NCBI GenBank assembly: GCA_045532575.1
Contig: JAZSGE010000148.1
Location: 1-63,062, forward strand
Source of the DNA: Eubacteriales bacterium
Lineage (GTDB): Bacteria; Bacillota; Clostridia; Oscillospirales; CAG-272
DNA: 63,062 bases
Reading direction: 5' to 3'
Shown: piece after piece, positions 35,895-47,079 of the stretch
How positions within the stretch are numbered: position 1 is the stretch's first letter
Layout of the letters: each line of letters opens with the position of its first letter
Program-made: the position numbers and the translations under genes
Notes under the pieces: model-generated
The model's input: the letters and a program-made list of their open reading frames with translations, nothing else
What the model was told of the DNA's origin: nothing
The model's database searches: none

Positions 35895-36808
35895 TCGTCA
35901 TCCTCCGCAAACATCGCACGGGTAAATTCCTCACCGAGGAAGGGCTGCATGTCATCGATCCCCTCGCCGACCCCGATAAATTTTACAGGGAGCCCGAGCT
36001 CACGGCGGATCGAGAAGACGATACCGCCCTTCGCCGTGCCGTCAAGCTTTGTGAGGACAAGCCCCGTGATCCTGGCGGCACCAAGGAATTCCTTCGCCTG
36101 GCTGACGGCATTCTGCCCGGTCGTCGCATCGAGAACGAGAAGCGTCTCGCGCGTGGCCTCCGGGAGCTGGCGGTCGATCACGCGATTGATCTTCGCAAGC
36201 TCATCCATCAGATTCTTTTTGTTATGGAGCCGCCCGGCCGTATCCACGATCAGGACGTCGGCACGGCGGCTGACAGCAGCCCCGATTGCATCGTAAACGA
36301 CGGCGGCAGGGTCGGCCCCCGCATCCTGGCGGATCATATCCACACCGGCGCGGTCGCACCACACCTTCAGCTGCTCGGCCGCCGCTGCGCGGAAGGTATC
36401 GGCGGCGGCAACCACCACGCGCTTCCCCTCCCGCTTCAGGGAAGCGGCCATCTTACCGATCGATGTCGTCTTCCCGACACCGTTCACACCAATGACGAGA
36501 ATGACCGCCGGCGAAGGCTCAAGGGTCAGCCCCTCATCCTCGCCGATCATATTCCGGAGGATCTCATAGAGCTCGCCGCGGACGGCGCCGGGATCGGTGA
36601 TCCTCTTCTCCTTCAGGCGCTCTCTCAGCGCATCCAGAATATATTCGGTGGTCTCAACACCGACGTCGGCCATGATCAGAGCCTCCTCGAGCTCATCAAA
36701 GAGGTCCTCGTCGATCTTAACGAAGGAACGGAGAACGCTTTCGACCGTGCCGAGGAGCGCGTTTTTTGTACGGCGCAAGCCGGCCTTCAGCTTGTCAAAG
36801 AACCCCAT
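35891..36808 (-). CDS. ftsY: Signal recognition particle receptor
   Basis: 305 aa. [18 protein letters not shown] and [10 protein letters not shown] are the SRP GTPase motifs. Confidence 0.95.
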   Translation of the reverse strand: MGFFDKLKAGLRRTKNALLGTVESVLRSFVKIDEDLFDELEEALIMADVGVETTEYILDALRERLKEKRITDPGAVRGELYEILRNMIGEDEGLTLEPSPAVILVIGVNGVGKTTSIGKMAASLKREGKRVVVAAADTFRAAAAEQLKVWCDRAGVDMIRQDAGADPAAVVYDAIGAAVSRRADVLIVDTAGRLHNKKNLMDELAKINRVIDRQLPEATRETLLVLDATTGQNAVSQAKEFLGAARITGLVLTKLDGTAKGGIVFSIRRELGLPVKFIGVGEGIDDMQPFLGEEFTRAMFAEDDE

Positions 36809-39800
36809 CTTCCTGCAACTCCTTCTTCATCTGCTCCATCTCGGTCGGACTCATCGGCAGAACGCGCGATACACCGCGCTCCTGCATCGTAACGCCGTAC
36901 AGGCGCTCGGCGATCTCCATCGTACCGGGACGGTGGGAGATCAGGATAAACTGGGTCTCCTCACACATCTTCTTGATATATTCGCCGAAGCGGAATACGT
37001 TAACGGCATCAAGGGCGGCCTCGATCTCGTCAAAGATACAGAAGGGGGTCGGATTGACCTTCAGTATCGAGAAGAAGAGCGCGATCGCCACAAAGGCCTG
37101 CTCGCCACCCGAAAGGAGCGAGAGGTTCTTGATGATCTTGCCGGGAGGCGCCGCCTTGATGTCAATGCCACAGTTGAGCACATCCTCGGGATCGGTCAGG
37201 ATCAGCTCGGCCTGACCACCGCCGAACAGCTCGGCAAAAACCGTGCCGAAGTTCGTGTTGATAGCATCAAAGGCCGCCACAAACTGCACCTTCATCTCGG
37301 TTTCCAGCTCCTCGATGATCTCGGTCAGCTTATCATAGGACTCGCGCAGGTCGATCACCTGCGACGACATCTCGTCGTAGCGCTCCTTGACCTCCTTGTA
37401 TTCCTCGATCGCCCCGAGGTTGACAGGCTCAAGGGCACGCATCGAGCTGCGGCAGCTCTGCTGGAGCGAGGCCACCTCGGCGCGGTTCTCGGCCGTTACG
37501 GGCGGGTAATCGAGGGCAATGGCATCGTCAAAGGTGATCTCGTACTCGTCCCAAAGGCGCGAGCCGATCTTCTCCTGCTCCTCCTCAAGCCGCCGCAGGC
37601 GGTTTTCCGCCGAGAAGTTGGAGTTCGCGGCGCGGTCCTTCTGCTCCTGCTTGATGCGGATCTGCTCACGGATCTCGCCAAGGCGGGTATTGAAGGAGGA
37701 AACACCGCTCTCGGTCTCACCGCGGCGCTCGGAAAGCTCGGAAAGCTCGCGGTTCGCCGTCTCGGCCTCCTGCTTGGCGGCCTCCTGACGGGAACGCATC
37801 TCCCCGATCTCCTTTTCATATTGTGCCGCGAGATAGCTCTGCTCATCCCGCTCGGCGTGCAGGTCGGCAAGGCGGGAGGTAACCCCCTCACGCAGGCGAT
37901 CGTTCATCTCGATCTCCTTCGTGATCTCGGCCTCGCGGAGCGCCAGGGCATTGGCCTCATCAAGGGCCGCCGCGCGCTCATCCATCAGGCGGTTGCGCTC
38001 GACGTCCTGCTCATTCCGGCGCTCGCGCATCGCACTCAGATTCCTATTCGCCGTCTCAAGCGAGCGGCTGAGTGTGGCAAGCTCGCTTTCGGCCTGGCGG
38101 TTCTTGTTGACGATCGCATCGTATTCGGCACGCAGGGTCTCCATCTGCTCGGCGTTCGCGGCAAGGCGCACCTTCGCGCTGTCAAGCGCTGTCAGCTGGG
38201 CTCTCGCCATCGCCTGGAGGAGGTCCTTCTGCTGTTCGTTGTCCTTCTTCTCAGCATCAAGATCGGCGGCTTCCTTTTCCTTGTCCGCCATCCTTCCTGT
38301 CAGAGTCAGGATCTTTGCGGCGATCTCCTTCGCCGCCTCCATCTTGCTTTCGATGTCCGCCGTACGGGAGAGCATACCGCTCCCCTTTCCCTCGCGCAGA
38401 GCACCGCCGGTGTACGAGCCGCCGGCATTGATGACCTGCCCGTCAAGGGTCACGATCTTCAGGCGGTAACGGAGCTCCCGTGCGCAGGCAGAGGCGTTGT
38501 CGAGAGTATCAAAGATGACCGTGCGCGACAAGAGCCATTCGATGATATCGTCATAGTCGGCCTCGCGCTCGACAAGGCGGTCGGCGCGGTCGATATACCC
38601 CTTGAATTTGGCGGCGGCACGGATCTCCTCCGGCTCATTGCCGGGGCGGATCGTGCTGATCGGATAGAAGGTCGCCCGTCCGGCGCGCTTCTCCTTCAGG
38701 AGGCGGATCGCCTCCTTCGTCACCGCTTCATCCTCCACCACAATGTGCTGGAGATTGGCGCCGAGCGAGGTCTCAATGGCGATCACGTGCTCGGGCTTTA
38801 CGTTGATAAGCTGGGAAACGGGACCGTGGACCCCCTTGAGGCGCCCCTCGCCGGCGGCACGCATCACAAAGCGTACAGCCTCGCCGTACCCTTCAAAATG
38901 CTCCTCCATGCGGCGCAAAGCGGCGGCCGCCTCCTCCAGTGCCGACTTGTCGGCACGCAAGCGGCCGCACTCCTCGGACAGCGCCTCGCGCTCGCGGCGG
39001 CGCTCCTCGATCTCGCGGTCGGCACCGGCGATCGCGGCCTCGATCTCGCGGACTCTTTGATTGAAGCCCTCAACGTTTTTCTCGCAAAGGGCGACCTCGC
39101 CCTCAAGGCGCTTGCCGTTCTCCTCACATTCGGAGATGGTGGCGGTGATCCCGTCACCGCGGCTGCCGTCCTCGTTCCTAGAACGGGACAGGACGTCAAT
39201 ATTGACCTTGAGATCCAAGGCGGCATTCTGCTGCTTTTCAAGCGTCACGAGCGAAGCATCCAGCTCCTTTTCGATGCGCCCGATCGCCTGAGTCAGCTTC
39301 TGCGAATCGGCAAGGATGCCCACGCGCTCGTCGGAAAGACCGCGCATCTCCTCGCGGAGTTCCTTGATCTTCGCGTCGTAGCCCGAGGTATCGCCGGAGA
39401 GCGTGCTCGCGGCGCGCGCAAGCTCATCGATCCGCTTACGGCTGCCCGTCATCAGGTCGGTCTTGTGGCGGATCTCGGTATCGAGAACCGAAATATCGTT
39501 CTCGAGGGTGTGAATGCGCCCACGGCATTCGTTGATCTTGCCGAGCAGCTGCTCGGAGGCCAGGCGGCCGCTCTCCATCTGGGAGAAGAGGCGCTCGTCC
39601 TGCGCATTCAGGGAGGCCAGGGATGCCTCTAGGGTCTCGAGCTCGTGCACCGAGAGCTGATAGGTGTCCTTCGCCTTTGCAAGATCACTTCTCAGCTTTT
39701 CGGTATCGTACAGCCAAAGAGAAACATCCGCGATCTTCTTCTTTTCGTGAAGATCGAGGTACTTTCTGGCTTTTTCTGCATCCTTCGTCAAGGGGGCCAG

Positions 39801-40409
39801 GCGCTTTTCAAGCTCATCGAAAATGTCGATGACACGCTCCATGTTGGCGTGGGTCTCCTTGCGGCGCTTTTCGGCATCCTCCTTGCGGTGGCGATACTTG
39901 GCGATCCCCGCCGCCTCCTCAAAGACGTTGCGGCGATCCTCGCTCTTCTTCGAGAGGAGCTCGGCAACACGCCCCTGCCCAACGATCGAGTAGCCCTCGC
40001 GGCCGATACCCGTATTCATAAAGAGCTCGGTAATGTCGCGCAGGCGCTTCTGCTGACCGTTGATCAGATATTCGCTGTCGCCCGTGCGGTAATAGCGACG
40101 GGTGACCTTGATCTCATCGTAGGGTGAGTCGATGCGATGGCTCTTATCGGTGTTATCAAAGGTGACCGAAACCTCGGCGTAGCCCATCGGGCGGCGCTGA
40201 TCGGTACCGCCGAAGATGACATCCTCCATCTTCGTTCCGCGGATATTACGGCTCGAAAGCTCGCCGAGCACCCAACGCATCGCATCGGAAATATTGGACT
40301 TGCCGCTCCCGTTCGGGCCGACAATGACCGTCGTCCCGCGCTCAAAGGTGAGGACGGTGCGGTTCGGGAAGGACTTGAAGCCATGAAGCTCAAGCGATTT
40401 TAAGTACAT
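36795..40409 (-). CDS. smc: Chromosome segregation protein SMC
   Basis: 1204 aa. GPNGSGKSN Walker A, long coiled coils, a hinge, and a C-terminal LSGGE signature. Confidence 0.97.
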   Translation of the reverse strand: MYLKSLELHGFKSFPNRTVLTFERGTTVIVGPNGSGKSNISDAMRWVLGELSSRNIRGTKMEDVIFGGTDQRRPMGYAEVSVTFDNTDKSHRIDSPYDEIKVTRRYYRTGDSEYLINGQQKRLRDITELFMNTGIGREGYSIVGQGRVAELLSKKSEDRRNVFEEAAGIAKYRHRKEDAEKRRKETHANMERVIDIFDELEKRLAPLTKDAEKARKYLDLHEKKKIADVSLWLYDTEKLRSDLAKAKDTYQLSVHELETLEASLASLNAQDERLFSQMESGRLASEQLLGKINECRGRIHTLENDISVLDTEIRHKTDLMTGSRKRIDELARAASTLSGDTSGYDAKIKELREEMRGLSDERVGILADSQKLTQAIGRIEKELDASLVTLEKQQNAALDLKVNIDVLSRSRNEDGSRGDGITATISECEENGKRLEGEVALCEKNVEGFNQRVREIEAAIAGADREIEERRREREALSEECGRLRADKSALEEAAAALRRMEEHFEGYGEAVRFVMRAAGEGRLKGVHGPVSQLINVKPEHVIAIETSLGANLQHIVVEDEAVTKEAIRLLKEKRAGRATFYPISTIRPGNEPEEIRAAAKFKGYIDRADRLVEREADYDDIIEWLLSRTVIFDTLDNASACARELRYRLKIVTLDGQVINAGGSYTGGALREGKGSGMLSRTADIESKMEAAKEIAAKILTLTGRMADKEKEAADLDAEKKDNEQQKDLLQAMARAQLTALDSAKVRLAANAEQMETLRAEYDAIVNKNRQAESELATLSRSLETANRNLSAMRERRNEQDVERNRLMDERAAALDEANALALREAEITKEIEMNDRLREGVTSRLADLHAERDEQSYLAAQYEKEIGEMRSRQEAAKQEAETANRELSELSERRGETESGVSSFNTRLGEIREQIRIKQEQKDRAANSNFSAENRLRRLEEEQEKIGSRLWDEYEITFDDAIALDYPPVTAENRAEVASLQQSCRSSMRALEPVNLGAIEEYKEVKERYDEMSSQVIDLRESYDKLTEIIEELETEMKVQFVAAFDAINTNFGTVFAELFGGGQAELILTDPEDVLNCGIDIKAAPPGKIIKNLSLLSGGEQAFVAIALFFSILKVNPTPFCIFDEIEAALDAVNVFRFGEYIKKMCEETQFILISHRPGTMEIAERLYGVTMQERGVSRVLPMSPTEMEQMKKELQEDGVL

Positions 40410-40412
40410 AGA

Positions 40413-41123
40413 TCAGTCTCCTTCCTTTCGTTCTTCTAAAATCCCGAAGAGGGCGAGGGCCTCCTTGGCCGCCGCCTGCTCGGCATCGTGCTTGGAGGAG
40501 CCGCGACCGATACCGACAACATTGCTGTTGATGCGCGCCTCGATCAGATAGATCGGCGCATGATCGGGGCCCTTCCTGTCCTTTACAATGTATTCCAGCG
40601 TTTCACTGCCATCCTGCTCGACCAGCTGCTGGAGCCTGGTCTTGTAGTCGCCGTGGCGGTTCTCTACGCAATGCTCGAGCTCAGCGCGCAAAAGGCTGAG
40701 GAGCACAGGCTCGGCCTTCTCCATGCCTCCGTCGAGATAAATGGCGGCGAGGAGCGATTCCATCACGTCAGCGAGGATCGAGGGGCGCTGGCGCCCATTT
40801 CCCGCATCCTCCCCCTTCCCAAGGCGGAGATAAGAGCCAAGCGAAAGCTCTCCCGCGATCTTGGCAAGCGTCGTCTCGCAGACAAGATGCTGACGGTAGC
40901 GGGTCAGTACCCCCTCGGGAATATCGGCAAAGCGCAGATACAGATAGCGGCTCACCGCGATCTGCAAAACGGCATCTCCCAAGAACTCAAGGCGCTCGTA
41001 GGAGGGCTCGCCCCGCTCGTTGGTATAGGATGCGTGTGTCAAGGCCGTGAGGAGAAGCGAGCGATCGGAAAACCGATACCCGATCTTCTCCTCAAGCGAT
41101 GCCAGCACAGGTTCTTTCGTCAT
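40413..41123 (-). CDS. rnc: Ribonuclease III
   Basis: Start at MTKEPVLASLEEKIGYRF. ERLEFLGDAVL signature plus a dsRBD. The track ORF is over-extended by 38 codons into plsX. Confidence 0.93.
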   Translation of the reverse strand: MTKEPVLASLEEKIGYRFSDRSLLLTALTHASYTNERGEPSYERLEFLGDAVLQIAVSRYLYLRFADIPEGVLTRYRQHLVCETTLAKIAGELSLGSYLRLGKGEDAGNGRQRPSILADVMESLLAAIYLDGGMEKAEPVLLSLLRAELEHCVENRHGDYKTRLQQLVEQDGSETLEYIVKDRKGPDHAPIYLIEARINSNVVGIGRGSSKHDAEQAAAKEALALFGILEERKEGD

Positions 41124-41130
41124 AGCCTTC

Positions 41131-42174
41131 TTACTCCGTTGTCTTCCCTGCCTCGGCGGCGGCCGCCGCCTGCTTTTCTTTTTCTTCAAAGGCCTCGGCC
41201 CACGCGGCAATATCGTAATTGATGCCGGTGTTGACAAAGGTCATGGCCTGGTGAACGGCGTTCTTGATCGCCTTCGCATCCGAGGAGCCGTGTGCCTTGA
41301 TAACGGGCTTCGAAATGCCAAGGAGCGGCGCGCCGCCGTGCTCGGAGGAATCCATCTGCTTTTTGAAGCCGTTCAGCTTCCCACGGACCATCAGGCCCGA
41401 CAGCATCGTTGTCATATTGGTGTGGAACAGATCCTTCAAGGCACCGCCGATGAACTTCCCCATGCCCTCAATGACCTTGAGAACGAGATTGCCGGTAAAG
41501 CCGTCGGTCACCGCCACGTCACAGGCATCAAAGGGCAGGACCTTGCCCTCCACATTCCCGATGAAGTTGACCTCCGACCGTGTCAGGCGCTCGTAGGTCG
41601 CCACCTGGAGCGGTAGTCCCTTATTGTATTCGGTGCCGTTGTTGATCAGCCCGACACGGGGGCTGGGCAGGCCGTAGATCTTCTGCATATACAGCGAGCC
41701 CATAAAGGCAAATTGCTCGAGATTTTCGGGCGTCACCTCAAGATTGGCGCCGCAGTCCATCAGGAGAACCGGCGTCGGGAAGGGGAGCACCGTAGCGATC
41801 CCTGCGCGGCGGATGCCGCGAATACGGCGGACAAGCAGGGTCGCCCCGGCAATGAGAGCGCCTGTATTACCGGCGCTGACAAAGGCATCGCCCTCGCCGG
41901 CGGCCAGCTTCCCAAGACCGATGCTCATCGAGGAATCCTTCTTCTCGCGCACAACGGCCAGGGCCTTATCCTCCATGCTGATGACCGAGGTCGAGGGAAT
42001 GATCTCGATCTCGTCAAGCGACAGCTGCTCGGTCTCGGCGATCTCGCGGATAGTCTCCTCACACCCGACAATGGCGATCGTCAGGGCAGGATACTCCGCC
42101 TTCGCCATCAGAGCGCCGCGGATTAGCTCAAGAGGGGCGTTATCCCCACTCATGACGTCAATAAAAATACGCAT
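41131..42174 (-). CDS. plsX: Phosphate acyltransferase
   Basis: 347 aa. MRIFIDVMSGDNAP and GFTGN motifs. Confidence 0.95.
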   Translation of the reverse strand: MRIFIDVMSGDNAPLELIRGALMAKAEYPALTIAIVGCEETIREIAETEQLSLDEIEIIPSTSVISMEDKALAVVREKKDSSMSIGLGKLAAGEGDAFVSAGNTGALIAGATLLVRRIRGIRRAGIATVLPFPTPVLLMDCGANLEVTPENLEQFAFMGSLYMQKIYGLPSPRVGLINNGTEYNKGLPLQVATYERLTRSEVNFIGNVEGKVLPFDACDVAVTDGFTGNLVLKVIEGMGKFIGGALKDLFHTNMTTMLSGLMVRGKLNGFKKQMDSSEHGGAPLLGISKPVIKAHGSSDAKAIKNAVHQAMTFVNTGINYDIAAWAEAFEEKEKQAAAAAEAGKTTE

Positions 42175-42175
42175 A

Positions 42176-43525
42176 TCAGTTTCCTTTCCCCATACGGGAA
42201 ATTTCCGTCTTCAACGGTTCGATCTCGGTAAGCGCACGGGTCGCATACGCCTCGTTTCTTGCGGTCTTTCCGCCCTTTACCTTGTGCTCAAGAGGAGCAA
42301 TAATGCCGAAATTGGCATTCATCGGCTGGAAATTGACCACCGTCTCATCGCTCACGTAGGCCGCCATCGCCCCCAGCATCGTTGTTCTCGGGAAGTGGGG
42401 CGCCTCCTCGCCGAGCGCTCTCGCCGCGGCCGAAAGCCCTGCCACAAGCCCCGAGCCCGTCGATTCCACATATCCCTCCACTCCCGTCATCTGACCGGCA
42501 AAATAGAGGGTCGGGCGCGTGCGCACGGAATAGTCCGATGCCAGCAGCATCGGAGAGTTGATGTAGGTATTGCGATGCATCACACCGTACCGATAGAATT
42601 CGGCATTCTCAAGCCCCGGGATCATGCGGAAGACCCGCCTCTGCTCCGGGAAGGTCAGGTGTGTCTGGAAGCCCACAAGATTATACATGTCGCCGGCGCG
42701 ATTCTCGCGGCGCAGCTGTACCGTGGCATAGGCATCCCTCCCCGTCGCGGGGACAGGAAGCCCTACGGGCTTCATCGGACCGAAGCGGAGGGTATCCACC
42801 CCTCGCGAGGCCATCACCTCGACCGGCATGCACCCCTCGAAGACCGTGATCGACTCCCCGGTCTCAAAGTCGTGTAGCTTAGCCACCTCGGCCTCGGTGA
42901 GGGCACGGTAAAAGGCAAGATATTCCTCCTCGGTCATCGGGCAGTTGAGGTAATCCTCGGGATCCCCCTTGCCGTAGCGAGAGGCATAAAAGGCCTTCGT
43001 AAGATCAATGCTCTCCCCCGAAACGATCGGTGCCGCCGCATCAAAGAAATGCAGGGCCCCCGTCCCGGTCAGAGCCAGAATATCGTCGGACAGCGCCTTT
43101 GAGGTCAAGGGCCCCGTGGCCACCACCACGATCCCCTCCTCGGGGATCCTCGTCACCTCCTGCGAGATCACGGTAATGCGCGGATGCGACTTGATCCTTT
43201 CGGTGATGTACGTCGAAAAGAGCGTGCGGTCCACCGCCAGGGCACTCCCCGCGGGGACGGTCGTCGCATCGGCCGCCTCCATGATCAGGGAGCCAAGGCG
43301 GCGCAGCTCCTCCTTTAAGAGCCCAACGGCGTTGGAAAGCGCATTGGAGCGGAGCGAATTTGAGCACACAAGCTCCGCAAAGGTCGGCGCATGATGCGCC
43401 GGAGTGTACCTTTCGGGCTTCATTTCGTAGAGCGTTACCTCACAACCGGCAACGGCGGCCTGCCATGCGGCTTCACAGCCGGCAAGCCCCGCGCCGATCA
43501 CGGTCACCTTTGCACCGGGGATCAT
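42176..43525 (-). CDS. trmFO: Methylenetetrahydrofolate--tRNA-(uracil-5-)-methyltransferase
   Basis: 449 aa. [17 protein letters not shown] motif. Conserved topA-trmFO synteny. Confidence 0.93.
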   Translation of the reverse strand: MIPGAKVTVIGAGLAGCEAAWQAAVAGCEVTLYEMKPERYTPAHHAPTFAELVCSNSLRSNALSNAVGLLKEELRRLGSLIMEAADATTVPAGSALAVDRTLFSTYITERIKSHPRITVISQEVTRIPEEGIVVVATGPLTSKALSDDILALTGTGALHFFDAAAPIVSGESIDLTKAFYASRYGKGDPEDYLNCPMTEEEYLAFYRALTEAEVAKLHDFETGESITVFEGCMPVEVMASRGVDTLRFGPMKPVGLPVPATGRDAYATVQLRRENRAGDMYNLVGFQTHLTFPEQRRVFRMIPGLENAEFYRYGVMHRNTYINSPMLLASDYSVRTRPTLYFAGQMTGVEGYVESTGSGLVAGLSAAARALGEEAPHFPRTTMLGAMAAYVSDETVVNFQPMNANFGIIAPLEHKVKGGKTARNEAYATRALTEIEPLKTEISRMGKGN

Positions 43526-45774
43526 TTCTCTACGTTATCCTTCTTGTAATGGCAAAGCTTGTTGTAGCAGACCACCTGCTTGCGCCCCTTGCGGTAAAGG
43601 AGCATATCCCCGCACTCGGGGCACTTCTCGGCAAGAGGCATCTCCCAGGTCGAAAAATCGCAATTCGGATAGCGCTCACAGCTGTAAAAGAGCTTCCCCT
43701 TCCCGATCTTCGTGATGATCTTGGCGCCGCACTTCGGGCAATCCACCCCAAGCTCGTTGACCTTCTGCTTTGTAAACTTGCAGGTCGGATAATTGGCGCA
43801 GGCATAGAAGGAGCCGTAGCGGCCGGTCCTTGTGACCATATCGCCGCCGCAAAGCTCACACTTGAAGTCGGCGACCTCAACGGCCGTCTCCTTCTTCTCG
43901 ATCGGGCGGCCGTCCTTACCGAGCGCCTTGGTGTTCTTGCACTCGGGATAGCCGGGGCAAGCCAGGAAGCGGCCAAAGCGACCGGTCTTGTATACCATGA
44001 GCCGTCCGCACTTGTCGCAGGGAATGTCAGACTCCTCGGGCGGGATCTCCACGTCCCCGGCCTTGACGTTGGCCTTGGCACGCTCAAGGGCGGAGGCAAA
44101 GCCGCCGTAGAAGTCGGAAAGCACCGTATGGAGGGTTTCCTCGCCGCGGGCAATGCTATCGAATTTATCCTCCATCTCGGCCGTGAACTGATAGTCGACG
44201 ATGTCGGGGAAATTCTCCTTCATGAGCTTGGTCGTGACCTCACCAAGCGGTGTCGGAACGAGCACCTTCCCCTCACGGCGCACGTAGGTACGGTCAATGA
44301 TCGTCGAAATGATCGCCGTGTAGGTGCTGGGGCGCCCGATGCCGTTATCCTCAAGGAACTTGATGAGCGAGGCCTCGGTGTAGCGGGGCGGAGCCTCGGT
44401 GAAATGCTGCACCGCGTTCGTGTTGGCAACAGGCATCGCGGCCCCCTGGGTCAAGCGCGAAACGGGGGGCAGAGCGCGCCGATCGGCAAGGTCCTCGTGA
44501 TCCTGGGTGTCGTCGTACACGGCAAGATAGCCCTTGAACTTCATCGTGCTGCCCGTCGCGCGGAACTGATAATCACCGCAGGTGAAATCCAGCGAAAGGA
44601 GCGAGAAAACGGCCGAGGACATCTGGCTGGCCACAAAGCGCTCCCAGATCAGCTTGTAAAGGCGGTACTGATCGGGGGTCAGACTGCGCTTGATCTTATC
44701 GGGGGTCAGGGTCACGTCGGAGGGACGGATCGCCTCGTGGGCATCCTGTGCCCCGGGCTTCATCTTGAACTGGCGGGGTGCTGCGGGATGGTAATCCTTC
44801 CCGTACTGCTCGCCAATGAGGGCAAAGGCCGCCTCCTGGGCCGAGGCCGAAATGCGGAGCGAGTCGGTACGCATATACGTGATAAGACCCGAAAAACCGC
44901 CGAACTCGGCACCGATATTGATACCTTCATACAGCTCCTGCGCCGTCTTCATAATACGCTTCGATTGGAAGCCGAGCTTCTTCGAGGCCTCCTGCTGAAG
45001 CGTCGAGGTCGTGAAGGGGGGAGACGGGAGCTTGCTCTTCTGCGACTGGCGGATCCCCGTAAGGACAAAGGGCGAGTGCTCGATCGCCTCGACCACAGCC
45101 TTCGCCTCGGCCTCGGAGGTCAGGCGGAGCTCATTGCCGTCCTTGCCGTAGAAGTGGGTTTCGATGGAAGTACCGTCCGCCGTCGTCACCGTCACGTGGA
45201 CGGTCCAGTATTCCTGCGGCACAAAGGAGCGGATCTCCTCCTCGCGCTCGGAAATGATGCGCGCGGCCACGCTCTGTACGCGCCCGGCCGAAAGACCGCT
45301 GCGGACGTTCTTCCAAAGGAAGGGACTGAGCTGATAGCCCACGATACGGTCAAGGATACGGCGGGTCTGCTGAGAATTGACAAGATCCTGGTTGATAACG
45401 CTCGGATGCTTGATGGCATCCTTGACAGCGCTCTTTGTGATCTCGTTGAAGGTCACGCGGCACTGCTTGTCGAGCGGGATCCCGAGCGCCGTGGCCAGGT
45501 GCCAGGAGATCGCCTCGCCCTCGCGGTCAGGGTCGGTAGCGAGGAAGATCTTCCCTGCCGACTTCGCCTCCTGCTTCAGGAGCGAGATCACATCCCCCTT
45601 TCCGCGAATGTTGATATAATGCGGTGCAAAATCGTTTTCTATGTCAACACCGAGCCCGCTCTTCGGCAGATCGCGGATATGCCCCTTGGAGGCAATGACC
45701 TTGTAATTCGAGCCAAGATATCCTTTGATCGTGCTCGCCTTGGCAGGCGACTCCACAATAACTAAATTCGACAT
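43522..45774 (-). CDS. topA: DNA topoisomerase I
   Basis: 750 aa. The TOPRIM N-terminus is [10 protein letters not shown]. The C-terminus carries several CxxC zinc ribbons. Confidence 0.96.
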   Translation of the reverse strand: MSNLVIVESPAKASTIKGYLGSNYKVIASKGHIRDLPKSGLGVDIENDFAPHYINIRGKGDVISLLKQEAKSAGKIFLATDPDREGEAISWHLATALGIPLDKQCRVTFNEITKSAVKDAIKHPSVINQDLVNSQQTRRILDRIVGYQLSPFLWKNVRSGLSAGRVQSVAARIISEREEEIRSFVPQEYWTVHVTVTTADGTSIETHFYGKDGNELRLTSEAEAKAVVEAIEHSPFVLTGIRQSQKSKLPSPPFTTSTLQQEASKKLGFQSKRIMKTAQELYEGINIGAEFGGFSGLITYMRTDSLRISASAQEAAFALIGEQYGKDYHPAAPRQFKMKPGAQDAHEAIRPSDVTLTPDKIKRSLTPDQYRLYKLIWERFVASQMSSAVFSLLSLDFTCGDYQFRATGSTMKFKGYLAVYDDTQDHEDLADRRALPPVSRLTQGAAMPVANTNAVQHFTEAPPRYTEASLIKFLEDNGIGRPSTYTAIISTIIDRTYVRREGKVLVPTPLGEVTTKLMKENFPDIVDYQFTAEMEDKFDSIARGEETLHTVLSDFYGGFASALERAKANVKAGDVEIPPEESDIPCDKCGRLMVYKTGRFGRFLACPGYPECKNTKALGKDGRPIEKKETAVEVADFKCELCGGDMVTRTGRYGSFYACANYPTCKFTKQKVNELGVDCPKCGAKIITKIGKGKLFYSCERYPNCDFSTWEMPLAEKCPECGDMLLYRKGRKQVVCYNKLCHYKKDNVEK

Positions 45775-45815
45775 GTTGTTTCCTTTCCTTGGACCTCGGA
45801 GAAGCTCTCCGGCTG

Positions 45816-47075
45816 TTAATTGGTTTGTTTTCTTTGAATATCGCCGCCGGGCAGGACCTCGAGGAGCCCCTCGATCTCCATGGTGGCGGTCGTCGCCATC
45901 ACCTCGCCGATCGGAATGCCGGCATCGGCAATGGCATCATACGAGATTCCCTTATCGGCGGGAAGCATGGCATAGATCCGCCCGGCGGTCTCGCCAAGGC
46001 GCTTGAGGATCTTTTCTACCCTTGCCGCCTCCTCGGGAGTGGGCGGTGGCGGCGGTGCGGGAGCCTCCTCCTCGGCCGGCTTCCGCGCCTTGGGAGAGAG
46101 GCTTCCCCGCTCCTCCTTCGCATAGACCTTCATCGAGCGGAGGACCGCATCAATCACAAAAGGGGATCGCTCGAGGAGGCGGAAGATATTGATCTTGTCG
46201 GAATACACCTTCTCAAAATCGGTCAGAATGTCGTCGGCCGCCACAAGGAGCTTGGCACCGTCGCGCAAGAGCATACAAGTTCCTGCGCTGCCGGGGTCAT
46301 CCACGCGCCCGGGGAGCGCGTACAAAACTCGCCCCTGCTGCCTTGCCTTGCGCGCCGTGATCAGCGAGCCGCTGGAAGGATCGGCCTCGGTGACCAACGT
46401 CGCCTGGGAGAGACCCGAAATAATACGGTTCCTCACAGGAAAATGGTGCTTTTCGGGGCGCGAGCCGGGGGCATATTCGGTAATGACGGCACCGTGCCGG
46501 GCAACGGCATCGGCAAGATGCGCGTGCTGTGGGGGATAAATGATATCAATACCGCTCCCGAGCACAGCCACGGTCTCGCCACCGCCATTGATGGCGGCCG
46601 CGCTTGCCACACCGTCGATCCCAAGCGCAAGACCGCTGACGACCACGGCTCCGGCTCTCGCGAGATCTCTTGCGATCTCAAAGGTCATCCGCTTGCCGTA
46701 ATCGCTCATCTTCCGCGTGCCCACAACAGAGACCGAAAGGCGGCCGTTCATCTGCGGGAGCCGTCCGCGGCAGTAAAGGAGCACAGGCGGCGAAGCGATC
46801 GTGCGCAGGGCCGCAGGATAACGAGGATCGTCATACGCGATCAGCGATACCCTCGTCACATTGCAAAAATTCAGGATCCGCTCGGCCTCGGAGGCATCCT
46901 TGTTGAGGAGCCTTGAAAGATCTCTGTCGTACTTACCGAGTGCCTCACGCAGTGCGGCCTCGTCCGCCTCGTAGATCTCATAGGGCGACTGGAAGGCGCG
47001 TAACAGAAGATCAAAGGTTCCGGATCCCGGTGTACAGCACTGACTCAGCCATATCCAGAAAAGCACGCCCTTCAT
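45816..47075 (-). CDS. dprA: DNA-processing protein DprA
   Basis: Start at MKGVLFWIWL. Rossmann-like core, Pro-rich linker and a C-terminal winged-helix-like domain. Confidence 0.88.
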   Translation of the reverse strand: MKGVLFWIWLSQCCTPGSGTFDLLLRAFQSPYEIYEADEAALREALGKYDRDLSRLLNKDASEAERILNFCNVTRVSLIAYDDPRYPAALRTIASPPVLLYCRGRLPQMNGRLSVSVVGTRKMSDYGKRMTFEIARDLARAGAVVVSGLALGIDGVASAAAINGGGETVAVLGSGIDIIYPPQHAHLADAVARHGAVITEYAPGSRPEKHHFPVRNRIISGLSQATLVTEADPSSGSLITARKARQQGRVLYALPGRVDDPGSAGTCMLLRDGAKLLVAADDILTDFEKVYSDKINIFRLLERSPFVIDAVLRSMKVYAKEERGSLSPKARKPAEEEAPAPPPPPTPEEAARVEKILKRLGETAGRIYAMLPADKGISYDAIADAGIPIGEVMATTATMEIEGLLEVLPGGDIQRKQTN

Positions 47076-47079
47076 CCCG

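Noticed and set aside
36597-39632. 1011-aa plus-strand ORF antisense to smc. Similar giants are 43360-45765 (antisense to topA), 49514-52177 (antisense to lon), 8135-9289, 15685-16707, 20821-22026, 22949-23959, 23986-25308, 32230-33414, 45789-46916 and 56064-57431.
   Set aside because: All lie exactly opposite strongly supported conserved genes. They have low-complexity, Arg/Gly/Leu/Asp-rich composition with no motifs, and no RBS. These are typical stop-codon-poor shadow frames of ~60% GC DNA.
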